Positions 9,381 through 18,631 of a DNA stretch of 64,000 bases are shown in pieces. The translations under genes were made by a program, and so were the position numbers. Location of the stretch: the NCBI GenBank assembly GCA_964478755.1, contig CAYZJP010000004.1:16738-80737 (forward strand), read 5' to 3'. Each line of letters opens with the position of its first letter. Within the stretch, counting starts at the first letter, position 1. The stretch comes from an uncultured Klebsiella sp. (GTDB lineage: Bacteria > Verrucomicrobiota > Verrucomicrobiia > Limisphaerales > SXTU01). The notes below the pieces were generated by a model, which searched no databases, had not been told where the DNA came from, and saw only the letters and a program-made list of their open reading frames with translations.

Positions 9381-10499
9381 GTGAAAAAGGACCGCCCCAA
9401 GATTCCCTACGTTGACATCGCGCGGCAGCACGCGCCGTTGAAGCAGGATTTGCTCGCGGCGGTGGAACAAGTTCTCGACCAAGGCAGCTTCATCCTTGGT
9501 CCGCAGGTCGCGGAGTTTGAAGCGCAGTTCGCGAAGCTCGTGCAAGTCCCCTTCGCCGTCGGCGTGAACTCCGGCACGGACGCTCTAATTCTCGCCCTTC
9601 GCGCGCTCGGCGTCGGCCCCGGCGACGAGGTCATCACGGCGGTGAACTCCTTCGTCGCAAGTGCGAGTTGCATCGCGCTCGTCGGCGCAAAGCCTGTCCT
9701 CGCGGACGTTGGCCCCGACTACAACCTCGACCCCGCCGCCGCCGCCGCCGCCATCACGCCGCGCACAAAGGCCATCATCCCCGTTCACCTCACCGGCCGT
9801 CCAGCGGACATGGATGCCATCATGGCCCTCGCGCGGAAGCACAACCTCTTCGTCATCGAAGACGCCGCGCAAGCCGTCGCCGCCCAGTATCGCGGCCAGC
9901 CCGTCGGCTCGTTCGGTGATGTGAACGCCTTCAGCCTCCACCCGCTCAAGACGCTGAACGCCTGTGGCGATGGCGGCGTGCTCACGACCCGCAGCCAAGC
10001 CATTGCGGACAAGGTCGCCGTGCTCCGCAACCTCGGCTTGAAGTCTCGCGAGAACTGCGTCGAGTGGAGCAGCAACTCGCGCCTCGACACCATTCAAGCC
10101 GCGATGTTGCTCGTGAAACTCCGCCACCTCAAAGCCTGGACCGAGCAGCGCCGCGCGAACGCCCGCTTCTACCGCGAACGCCTCGCGGGCGTGCCCGGCG
10201 TGCAGTTGCCCGACGACCCGCCGCACTTGCGCAGCGTTCATCACACGTTCGTCGTGCAAGTGGACCGCCGCGAGGAACTCCGCGACTTCCTCCTCGCCCG
10301 CGGCGTCGGCACGCAAGTCCACTACCCGAATCCGATCCACCTCCAGGACTGCGCGAAGGAACTCGGATACAAGCCCGGCGACTTCCCCGTGGCCGAAGCC
10401 CAGGCCAAGCGCATCCTCAGCCTGCCGGTATATCCCGAGCTGTCCGAAGCGGAACTGGAGACGGTGGTGGAGGGCGTCCGCGATTTCTTCGGCGCATGA
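9381..10499 (+). CDS. DegT/DnrJ/EryC1/StrS family aminotransferase
   Basis: Family hallmarks are present: [52 protein letters not shown]. The GTG at 9381 is the likely start ([11 protein letters not shown]). Confidence 0.86.
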   Translation: MKKDRPKIPYVDIARQHAPLKQDLLAAVEQVLDQGSFILGPQVAEFEAQFAKLVQVPFAVGVNSGTDALILALRALGVGPGDEVITAVNSFVASASCIALVGAKPVLADVGPDYNLDPAAAAAAITPRTKAIIPVHLTGRPADMDAIMALARKHNLFVIEDAAQAVAAQYRGQPVGSFGDVNAFSLHPLKTLNACGDGGVLTTRSQAIADKVAVLRNLGLKSRENCVEWSSNSRLDTIQAAMLLVKLRHLKAWTEQRRANARFYRERLAGVPGVQLPDDPPHLRSVHHTFVVQVDRREELRDFLLARGVGTQVHYPNPIHLQDCAKELGYKPGDFPVAEAQAKRILSLPVYPELSEAELETVVEGVRDFFGA

Positions 10500-10510
10500 G
10501 TGCGGTCCTT

Positions 10511-10540
10511 GCATCTGTGTTCATCTGTGCCCATCTGTGG
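10511..10540 (+). repeat. three tandem decamers containing CATCTGTG
   Basis: The sequence GCATCTGTGT TCATCTGTGC CCATCTGTGG was read directly. The same unit forms the hairpin at 21682..21799. Confidence 0.75.
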
Positions 10541-10554
10541 CAAAATCTCCCCGC

Positions 10555-11658
10555 ATGAAAGTCCCGTTCTCCTATCTCGACCGCCAGTTCGCGAGTCTCG
10601 AAGATTACCTCGCCGATCTCCGCGCCTTCGTGCCGACTGGCGACTTCACGCTCGGCGAGCCGCTGGAACAGTTCGAGGCGAGCTTCGCGAAATTGATGGA
10701 AGCGCCGCACGCCATCGGTGTCGGCACGGGCACGGACGCCATTGCGATGTCGTTGAAATGCCTCGGCGTCGGGCCGGGCGACGAGGTCATCACCACGCCA
10801 AACACCTTCGTCGCCACCGTTGGCGCGATCGTGCAGACCGGCGCGCGGCCCGTCTTCGTGGACAGCGCGGACGGCTACGTGATTGACGTGACGAAGATTG
10901 AGGCCGCTCTTACGCCGCGCACGCGCGCGATTGTGCCCGTGCATTACACCGGCAACGTCGCCGACATGCCGGCCATCATGGCGATTTCGAAGCGGCGCGG
11001 CCTGCACGTCGTCGAGGACGCCTGCCAGGCCATCATGGGCGCGATCGACGGCAAGCTCGTCGGCTCGTGGGGCGCGACGGCGGCGTTCAGCCTGCACCCG
11101 TTGAAGAATCTTAACGTCTGGTCCGACGGCGGCGTCATCGTCACGCACGACGACGCGCTCGCCGCGAAGCTGCGCAAGTATCGCAACCACGGCCTGCGCA
11201 ACCGCGACGAGGTCGAGTTCTACGGCGTCAACTGCCGCCTCGACACCGTCCAAGCCGTCATCGGCAACCGCCTCATTCCCACGACGCCGGAAATCACCCG
11301 CAAGCGCATCGCCAATGCCGCGCGCTATGACGCCGCGTTCGCCGACCTCGGCGAGTTCATCAAGATTCCCAAGCGCCGCCCCGGCGTCCGCCACGTGTAT
11401 CACCTCTACTCGCTCCATGTGCAGCGCCGCGACGAACTGCTCGCCTTCCTCGTGAAGAACGGCGTGCAGGCGAAGATTCATTATCCCATCCCGATGCACC
11501 TCCAGCCTGCGTCAGCGTATCTCGGCTACAAGGCCGGCGACTTCCCCGATGCGGAAAATCACAGCCGCGTCTGCCTCACGCTCCCCGGCCACTCGTATCT
11601 CACCGAGGCTGAAGTGGACTACGCCATCGAGATGGTGCGGAAGTTTTACCTCGGGTGA
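10555..11658 (+). CDS. DegT/DnrJ/EryC1/StrS family aminotransferase (second copy)
   Basis: The protein starts [12 protein letters not shown]. Motifs are [25 protein letters not shown] and [18 protein letters not shown]. It is a paralog of the preceding gene. Confidence 0.86.
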   Translation: MKVPFSYLDRQFASLEDYLADLRAFVPTGDFTLGEPLEQFEASFAKLMEAPHAIGVGTGTDAIAMSLKCLGVGPGDEVITTPNTFVATVGAIVQTGARPVFVDSADGYVIDVTKIEAALTPRTRAIVPVHYTGNVADMPAIMAISKRRGLHVVEDACQAIMGAIDGKLVGSWGATAAFSLHPLKNLNVWSDGGVIVTHDDALAAKLRKYRNHGLRNRDEVEFYGVNCRLDTVQAVIGNRLIPTTPEITRKRIANAARYDAAFADLGEFIKIPKRRPGVRHVYHLYSLHVQRRDELLAFLVKNGVQAKIHYPIPMHLQPASAYLGYKAGDFPDAENHSRVCLTLPGHSYLTEAEVDYAIEMVRKFYLG

Positions 11659-11690
11659 ACCCCGTGCGATTATTCGGAAGAACCATCGCG

Positions 11691-11766
11691 GGTAGGGCGC
11701 GTCACTCCGTGCGCGCCGTCTCGATTTATCGAACGCGGCGGCGGGCAGAGGACTGCCCGCCCTACC
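11691..11766. repeat. REP-like element with GGTAGGGCG / CGCCCTACC termini and an internal GCGGGCAG..CTGCCCGC hairpin
   Basis: Read directly from the intergenic sequence. Confidence 0.65.
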
Positions 11767-11790
11767 TTTCTGGTTGATCTTGCCTGACGC

Positions 11791-13476
11791 ATGAACGCCA
11801 ACCTTCCTCTTCGTCTTGGCCTCGATTTCGACGGCACGGTGGTGGTGTATGACGAGGTCTTCCACCGCCACGCCATCGAGCGATTCGGGATGCCGCGTGA
11901 AATGGCGGTAAACAAGACCGCTGTGCGCGACTGGCTGCGGAGCCAGCCAGACGGCGAGGCGAAGTGGATTGAACTTCAAGGCTTGGTCTATGGCCTAAAG
12001 ATGAGCGAAGCGAAGCTGGCTCCCGGCCTCGCAGATTTTCTCCGGGCCATCCGCGCCGCACAAATTCCGGTCTGCATCATCAGCCACAAGACCGAGTTCT
12101 CCGTGGCCGAGCCGCGTATGAATCTGCGCACGGCTGCGCTGGCGTGGCTGGAAGCCAACAGCTTCTTTGCGCCGGACGGGTTCGGCCTTCAGCGTGAAGA
12201 GGTGTTCTTCGAGTCCACGCGTGCCGCGAAGCTCCAGCGCATCGCCGCGCAAGGCTGCACTGTGTTCGTGGATGACCTGGAGGAAGTGCTGATGGAACCG
12301 GCATTTCCGAAGGGAGTGGAGCGGTGGCTTTATCAACCGGCCGGAACTGAATCTGAGCAGAATGAGATTCGCTCGTTTTCCGATTGGACCATGTTGCAGA
12401 CAAGGCTCACCAACCTGGACGAACCTCTCCTCGCCGTCGTCGCAGCCGCGCTCGGCCAGCGACCCGATTCAGTGACGCGTCTTGCCGGCGGGGCGAACAA
12501 CGTCGTCGCCCGCGTGGATGTGGGTGGAAAGCCGTTGTTGGCGAAGTTTTACTTCATCCACGCCCGCGACCCGCGTGACCGGCTCGGCACCGAGTTCGGC
12601 GTGCTGGAATTTCTCTGGGGTAACGGTGTGCGATGCGTGCCGGAGCCGCTGCGGATGAGTCGAGAACACAACCTTGGCCTTTACGAGTTCATCGTCGGCA
12701 CGCGCGTCGCAACGGGTCAGGTGACTTGGCCGGACGTGGAACAGCTCGTGGACTTGCTCGCCGAGATGTGGCGGCTGCGTTTCCAACCCGGCGCAGAGAA
12801 ATTGCCACCTGCCTCCGAGGCGGCGTTCACGCTCAACGGCTATTGGGCCAATGTTGAGCGGCGCTTGAATCGCGTTCGGACCACGCTGGCAAGTGAACCA
12901 AAGCAGGACGCGCAGCAGCGCGTCCCTATCGGCGTGCATGAGTTCGTCGAGCGCGAGTTGGTGCCGGTGGCCGAAGCCGTGCGTGAGTTCCTAAATGCAC
13001 AAGCCCAGCATCTCGGCGCTGATTTGGATTCTGAATTGCCGCCCGGCCAGCGCACGTTAAGTCCGGCGGATCACGGCTTCCACAACGTGCTCCGCCGGGC
13101 GGCTGGCCGGCTGACCTTCCTCGATTTCGAGTATGCCGGCTGGGACGACCCGGCGCAGACGCTGGCAAACGCGCTGTTGCTGCCGGAAGTTCCGCTGCCC
13201 GCAGAACATCGCGTTGTTTTTTTGCGCGAGATGCTTGCGCGGCTGGAAGGAGCGCGCGGCGTCGCTGCGCGGCTGCGGCTGATCTATCCGATGCTCGCGC
13301 TCAAATGGAGCCTCATCATGTTGAACGAGTTTCTGCCCGTGGGCGGCGAGCGCCGCGCGTTCGCAGGTGCGAACGAGGATGCGCGGCGGGCGGCGCAGTT
13401 GGAGAAGTCGCGGCGGCAGCTTGAGGTGGTGCGGGAGTCGCTGAAGCCGGACTGCTTTCTCAACCAGGTCGTCTGA
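11791..13476 (+). CDS. HAD-like hydrolase fused to an aminoglycoside/choline-kinase-like phosphotransferase
   Basis: The N-terminus has HAD motif I (LGLDFDGTVV), ISHK, and FVDDLEE. The C-terminus has a kinase catalytic loop (SPADHGFHN) and LDFEYAGWDDP. Confidence 0.72.
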   Translation: MNANLPLRLGLDFDGTVVVYDEVFHRHAIERFGMPREMAVNKTAVRDWLRSQPDGEAKWIELQGLVYGLKMSEAKLAPGLADFLRAIRAAQIPVCIISHKTEFSVAEPRMNLRTAALAWLEANSFFAPDGFGLQREEVFFESTRAAKLQRIAAQGCTVFVDDLEEVLMEPAFPKGVERWLYQPAGTESEQNEIRSFSDWTMLQTRLTNLDEPLLAVVAAALGQRPDSVTRLAGGANNVVARVDVGGKPLLAKFYFIHARDPRDRLGTEFGVLEFLWGNGVRCVPEPLRMSREHNLGLYEFIVGTRVATGQVTWPDVEQLVDLLAEMWRLRFQPGAEKLPPASEAAFTLNGYWANVERRLNRVRTTLASEPKQDAQQRVPIGVHEFVERELVPVAEAVREFLNAQAQHLGADLDSELPPGQRTLSPADHGFHNVLRRAAGRLTFLDFEYAGWDDPAQTLANALLLPEVPLPAEHRVVFLREMLARLEGARGVAARLRLIYPMLALKWSLIMLNEFLPVGGERRAFAGANEDARRAAQLEKSRRQLEVVRESLKPDCFLNQVV

Positions 13477-13511
13477 CGAGGAGCCGCGGGCAGCGTGCGC
13501 CGGCCACAATT

Positions 13512-16500
13512 CTACTTCGCTGAGATCGCCTCGGACGGGGACGCGGGGGTTTGCATCGCGGCGTGTTTGCGGTGGAAGACCTGTGCGAAGTCGTCGAGGT
13601 AGGAATAGACGACCGGCGTGACGAGCAGCGTGAGCAGGAGGCAGAGAGTCTGTCCACCGATGACGACGACGGCGACGGCGCGGCGTTCCTCTGCGCCCGG
13701 GCCGGTGCCGAGGGCGAGCGGAATCATGCCGGCGACGAGCGTGAGCGTGGTCATCAGGATGGGGCGGAGGCGGTCGCGGTTGCCGTCCATGATGGCTTGC
13801 AGGCGCTCCAAGCCGTGACGGCGGAGGTTGTTCATGTGGTCAATCTGAAGGATGGCGTTTTTCTTCACGACACCAAAGAGCACGAGCAGGCCGAGCGCGG
13901 AGTAGAGGTTGAGCGTGTTGTTCGTCACCCACAGGGAGAAGAGCGCGAAGGGCAGCGAGAGCGGCAGCGAGAGCAGGATGGTGAACGGGTGAACGAGACT
14001 CTCGTATTGCGAGGCGAGAATCATATACATGAAAATGACGGAGAGGAGGAACGCCCAGAGGAATTCCTTGAAGGTGCGCTCCAGCTCGCGGCCGCGACCG
14101 GAGACCTTCGTGCTGTAGGTGGCGGGGAGATTCATTTCCTTGAAGGCCTCCTCCAAGGCTTCGAGCCGGTCCTTCAGCGCGTAACCGGGCGCGATGCTGC
14201 CGCGGAGGCTCACTTGCCGCTGACGGTCGAGGCGGTCAATGCGCGACGCGGTCTCGCCCTCGACGATGTCCACGACGTTGTCGAGTCGCACGAGGCCGCC
14301 GCCCTGGCGATGGACGTAGAGGCGCGAGATGGTCTCGCGGTCGTTGCGCTTGCCGTCGGCGAGGCGCACCTGCACATCGTAGTCGTCGCCCACGCTCGCA
14401 TCGTGGAAGCGCGAGACGCGCTCGTCGCCGCCGACCATGATGCGGAGGGCGATGGCAATGTCCTCGACGGAAACGCCCAGCGCGGCGGCGCGCTCGCGGT
14501 TGACGTGGACACGGAACTCGGGCTTGTCGAGCTTGAGCGTGGTGTCGGCGTCGGCCAGACCAAGTTCGGCGGAGCGGGCGCGGAGTTCCTCGGCGTATTT
14601 GGAAAGTGATTCGAGGTCGGGGCCGAGGATGGAGAAATCAATGTCGTAGTTCGGACCGCCGAGGTTGATGGAGCCGTTGGTGGGCCGCGCGGAGACGCGC
14701 ACGCCGGGAACTTTCCGCAGCCGCGCGCGGACTTCCTGCAGGACGTCGCGCTGGGAGTAGTTGCCCTTGAAGGCGTCGAGCGGATGCAGCGAGGCGAGCC
14801 GCGACCACATGAAGACGCGCTCCTTGTGCGGCGCGAGGCGGACGTAGAAACGCGCGTAGTTCGGGCCGCCGATGCGGCTGGAGCCGATGCCGCACTGGAC
14901 GAGGCGGATTTGCGCCATCTCGCGCAGCTCGCGTTCGGCCATGAGCGCGACCTCGTCCATCTGTGTGAGGCTGGTGCCCTCCTTTGCGGTGAGACCGATC
15001 TCGAACTCACCCTCGTCGGTGTTGCCGGGCGTGAACTCCTGGCGCAGCGATTGGTAAAGCGGCACGGAGGACGCCATGACGAGAATGGCCAGCACCAGCA
15101 CAGAAAGACGGTGCTTCATGCAGAAGCCCAGCACCGTCATGTAGAGTCCCTCCATCCAGCCGTAGAGTCCGCCGCGCGACTTCGGCCCGCCGTGCGCGGC
15201 CTTGCTGACTTCGCCGAGGTTGAACAGCCGCGCGCTCATCAGTGGCGTGAGCGTGAAGGACACCAGCAGGCTGACCATCACCGCCACGCCCGCCGTGATG
15301 CCGAACTGAAAGAGGAACCGTCCCGCGATGCTCGACATGAACGACACCGGGACAAAGATGACGACGAGGCTCAACGTGGTCGCGAGCACCGCCGTGCCGA
15401 TTTCCTTCGTCGCCTCGCGCGCGGCCTCAAACGGGTGCATCTTCTTCTCCTCGACGAAGCGGAAGATGTTTTCGAGCACGACGATGGCGTCATCAATCAC
15501 GATGCCGACCATCAGCACGAGCGCGAGCATTGTGACGCTGTTCAGTGTGAAGTGCAGCGCCCACATCACGCCGAAGGTGGAGATGACCGAGCAGGGAATT
15601 GCCACCGCCGCGATGAGCGTCGAACGCCAGCTCCGCATGAAGGCGAAGACGACGAGGCTGGCAAGGATGCTGCCGAGGACGAGATGGACGTTGATTTCAT
15701 GCAGCGCCTCGTAAATGTAGCGTGACTGGTCTTCGATGACCTCGAACCGCACGTCTGCCGGGAGCTGCGCCTGGATGCCTGGAAGTTTTTTCTTCACCGC
15801 CTCGATGACCTCGACGGTGTTGGCGTCGGCCTGACGCTTGACCACGAGCGTGACGGACGGACGGCCGTTCAGACGCGACACGGTGCGCTGCTCCTTTGTG
15901 CCGTCCTCGGCCCAGCCGATGTCGCGGATGCGCACGGGCGAGTTGCTGACGGTGGTGATGACGAGGTCGTTGAACTCCTGCGCGCTGGCGATCCGGCCCA
16001 CGGTGCGCAGCGCGTGCTCGCGGACGTTGGAGGTGACGTTGCCGCCGGGGATGTTCGCGTTCTGGCGCGCGACGGCGTCGCGCACGGCGGTGATGGGAAT
16101 CCGGTAGGCCGCGAGCCGGTCCGGGTCCACCCAGATGCTGATGGCGCGCAGGAGGCCGCCGCTGATTTCCACCTCGCCAACGCCGAGCGCGCGTTCGAGC
16201 TGCACCTTCACAATCTTGTCCCCCAGCTCGGTCAGCTCGCGCTGCGAACGGTCGCCGGAGAGCGAGACGGTGATGACGCCGTTGCGCTCGGTGTCGAACT
16301 TGGTGACCTGCGACGGGTCGGCGTCGCGCGGCAATTCGTTGCCCATGATGGAGACGCGGTTGCGCACGTCCTCGAGGGCCTCGTTGACCTTGCGGCTGAG
16401 GTCGAACTGGATGATGACGAACGAGCTGCCGACGCCGGAAATCGAGCGCAGCTCGGTGATGCCCTCGACGGTGTTGACCTGCTCCTCAAGCGGCTGGGAG

Positions 16501-16691
16501 ATGAGCGACTCGACCTCGACGGGCGATGCGCCGGGCAGCCGCGTGCCGACGTAAATCTGCGGGATGTCCACCGGCGGCGAGCGGTCCACGCCGAGCTTGA
16601 GGTAGCCGGCCGCGCCAATGACGACCAGCGCCAGCACGATCATCGTGCCGAACACCGGCCGGCGGATGGAGATTTCAGCGAGCTTTTGCAT
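13512..16691 (-). CDS. RND efflux permease (AcrB/HAE1-like)
   Basis: It is 1059 aa with a 12-TM architecture. Typical N-terminal (IRRPVFGTMIVLALVVIG) and VVLENIFR motifs are present. Confidence 0.9.
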   Translation of the reverse strand: MQKLAEISIRRPVFGTMIVLALVVIGAAGYLKLGVDRSPPVDIPQIYVGTRLPGASPVEVESLISQPLEEQVNTVEGITELRSISGVGSSFVIIQFDLSRKVNEALEDVRNRVSIMGNELPRDADPSQVTKFDTERNGVITVSLSGDRSQRELTELGDKIVKVQLERALGVGEVEISGGLLRAISIWVDPDRLAAYRIPITAVRDAVARQNANIPGGNVTSNVREHALRTVGRIASAQEFNDLVITTVSNSPVRIRDIGWAEDGTKEQRTVSRLNGRPSVTLVVKRQADANTVEVIEAVKKKLPGIQAQLPADVRFEVIEDQSRYIYEALHEINVHLVLGSILASLVVFAFMRSWRSTLIAAVAIPCSVISTFGVMWALHFTLNSVTMLALVLMVGIVIDDAIVVLENIFRFVEEKKMHPFEAAREATKEIGTAVLATTLSLVVIFVPVSFMSSIAGRFLFQFGITAGVAVMVSLLVSFTLTPLMSARLFNLGEVSKAAHGGPKSRGGLYGWMEGLYMTVLGFCMKHRLSVLVLAILVMASSVPLYQSLRQEFTPGNTDEGEFEIGLTAKEGTSLTQMDEVALMAERELREMAQIRLVQCGIGSSRIGGPNYARFYVRLAPHKERVFMWSRLASLHPLDAFKGNYSQRDVLQEVRARLRKVPGVRVSARPTNGSINLGGPNYDIDFSILGPDLESLSKYAEELRARSAELGLADADTTLKLDKPEFRVHVNRERAAALGVSVEDIAIALRIMVGGDERVSRFHDASVGDDYDVQVRLADGKRNDRETISRLYVHRQGGGLVRLDNVVDIVEGETASRIDRLDRQRQVSLRGSIAPGYALKDRLEALEEAFKEMNLPATYSTKVSGRGRELERTFKEFLWAFLLSVIFMYMILASQYESLVHPFTILLSLPLSLPFALFSLWVTNNTLNLYSALGLLVLFGVVKKNAILQIDHMNNLRRHGLERLQAIMDGNRDRLRPILMTTLTLVAGMIPLALGTGPGAEERRAVAVVVIGGQTLCLLLTLLVTPVVYSYLDDFAQVFHRKHAAMQTPASPSEAISAK

Positions 16692-16706
16692 GGCCGGTCG
16701 GCTGTG

Positions 16707-18065
16707 TCACTGGGATGCCGATGAGCCACTGGCGACGGAAGGCTTCTGCTTGCCCGTGCCGGTCGCCTGTTTTTGCTTCTTCGTGCCGCTGGCGGACGCT
16801 GCCTTGACAGGAAGCTCGACTGTCACCGATTGCCCGTTTTGCAAATTGCCGGGACTCACCACAACCAAGTCCCCTGGCTTGATGTCAAGGACTTCGATGA
16901 AACCGCCCGCCCGCCGGCCAGTGGCAATGTTCTTCTCCACCGCCTTGCCGTCCTTCACGAGGAAGATTTTCTCGATGCCGGCGAAGGTCACGAGCGCGTC
17001 CTTGGGGATGGCCGTGCCCGGCTCGACCTCGGCCAGCACGATGTCCGCGCGGGCGAAGGCGCCGGGCCGCAGCGCGCCGTCCTTGTTCGGGATGTCCGCC
17101 TCGACGATGAGCATCCGGCTCAACTCCGTGATGGCCGGGCTGAGGCGCGCGATGGCGCCGGTGTATTTGTTGGTGTCGCCCTCGATGGCGAGCCGGACCT
17201 TCTGGCCGGGCCGCACGCCGGCCGCGTTGCGTTCGGGCACCTCCACCCGCAGCCGGAGCGGATCCACCTTCACAAGCGTGACGATGGGCGCGGCGGTGTT
17301 GAGGAACTCGCCGGGGCTGGCCTTGCGCTCCTGCACAATGCCGTCGAACGGCGCGACGAGCCGCGTGTCCGCGAGCTGCTGCCGGTCCATCTCCACCTCG
17401 GCGCGGCGCTGCTGGAGCACGCCTTGGCGCTGACGGATGTCTTCGAGCGCCTCGAGGTGGCGGTTGAAGGCGATCTCGTAATTGGCCTCCACGACTTCCA
17501 AGTCCGACTGCGAGCTGATGCCGCGCTTGGCCAGCTCGCGAATGCGGTCACGCTGCTTTTGCGATTCAAGCAAGGACGCCTTCGCCTGCCGCACGGTGCT
17601 GGTTTCCTCCGCCTTGACCGTGTCGTCGGTGCCGACCAGCGGCAGGCCGAGCCGCGCGCGGGCCTGGGCGAGCAGCGCCTCGGCGGACTTGAGCTTCAGC
17701 TCATAGTCCACCGGCTCGATTTGCGCGACCAACTCGTCCGCGCGCACGCGCGAGCCGAGGTCCACGCTGATGCTCTGCAGCCGTCCCGTGACCTTCACGC
17801 TCAAGGTCGCCTGGTCAATCGCCGCCAGCGATCCGATGACGGAGACGACGCGCTCCATCGGACGGGACTCGACTCGTTCGACGGTCACGGCGCGCGGAGG
17901 CAGGGTGGGCGCGGTTTTGCCGTCCTTCTTGCCAGTCTTCGGCGCATCGGGTGGATTGCAGCCGGCGAGCAGGACGGCGAGCAGTGGAAGAAATGTTTGT
18001 CTGGTCACGAGAGCGTGGGACGATAGCGCGGCGTTGAAAATGCGGGCAACGAATTTTGCCTTCAT
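16707..18065 (-). CDS. RND efflux periplasmic adaptor (MFP), lipoprotein
   Basis: The ATG at 18065 (MKAKFV...) precedes a lipobox, LLAGC. A coiled-coil hairpin and beta-barrel regions follow. The start overlaps the upstream regulator's stop (ATGA). The track's 117-aa N-terminal extension is Arg/Ala-rich and non-coding in character. Confidence 0.85.
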   Translation of the reverse strand: MKAKFVARIFNAALSSHALVTRQTFLPLLAVLLAGCNPPDAPKTGKKDGKTAPTLPPRAVTVERVESRPMERVVSVIGSLAAIDQATLSVKVTGRLQSISVDLGSRVRADELVAQIEPVDYELKLKSAEALLAQARARLGLPLVGTDDTVKAEETSTVRQAKASLLESQKQRDRIRELAKRGISSQSDLEVVEANYEIAFNRHLEALEDIRQRQGVLQQRRAEVEMDRQQLADTRLVAPFDGIVQERKASPGEFLNTAAPIVTLVKVDPLRLRVEVPERNAAGVRPGQKVRLAIEGDTNKYTGAIARLSPAITELSRMLIVEADIPNKDGALRPGAFARADIVLAEVEPGTAIPKDALVTFAGIEKIFLVKDGKAVEKNIATGRRAGGFIEVLDIKPGDLVVVSPGNLQNGQSVTVELPVKAASASGTKKQKQATGTGKQKPSVASGSSASQ

Positions 18066-18601
18066 GCCTTTGCGGCGCAGGCCGGACAGGTTCCCAGCAC
18101 GGGCTTCAACTCCGGGCGCGAGGCGAGGAAGTCCTGCAACCGCCGGGAGGTGACCGGGTCGCTTTGAATCGTGTCGCACGCGCCGCAGAACGGCAGCGCC
18201 GCCGCGAGCGCCCGCAGCTCGTGCTGCATCGCCAGCACGCGCTGTGCGACCCGGATGCGGCAGCGCAGCATCTCCGGCTCGAAGGGCTTCACGATGAAGT
18301 CGTCCGCTCCGGCGGCCATGCCGGTGACGAAGTTCTTCAGGCCGTCGAGCGCCGTCACCATCATGATGTAAGTATAGCCGGGGCGTTGGACTGCGGCTTT
18401 GCGGACGCGGCGGCACAGCTCCAGGCCGTCCATCTCCGGCATGATCCAGTCGGAGATGAGAAGGGAAATCTCCTCGCGCTGGAATATGTTCCAGGCCTCC
18501 AGCCCGTGTTCGGCGGTGAGCACTTCAAAATCCATTTCCTCCAGAATGGCGCCCATGAGGTTGCGCGAAACCCGCGAGTCGTCGGCGACGAGTATTTTCA
18601 T
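18062..18601 (-). CDS. CheY-like response regulator with a C-terminal four-Cys tail
   Basis: The receiver shows MKILVADDSRV...LLISDWIMPEMDG...KP. The C-terminus is LPFCGACD...GTCPACAAK. The ATG at 18601 is preferred over the TTG at 18607. Confidence 0.85.
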   Translation of the reverse strand: MKILVADDSRVSRNLMGAILEEMDFEVLTAEHGLEAWNIFQREEISLLISDWIMPEMDGLELCRRVRKAAVQRPGYTYIMMVTALDGLKNFVTGMAAGADDFIVKPFEPEMLRCRIRVAQRVLAMQHELRALAAALPFCGACDTIQSDPVTSRRLQDFLASRPELKPVLGTCPACAAKA

Positions 18602-18631
18602 AGGCAATCAGTTTCCCGCAAGATGCGGTCC

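Noticed and set aside
9046-9384. The 112-aa ORF (SPLPLGEGT...GEGRGEG) and the overlapping ORFs 9055..9336 and 9069..9545.
   Set aside because: They are translations of the three REP-like stem-loops. The peptide pattern follows the palindromes, with no start context or coding composition.
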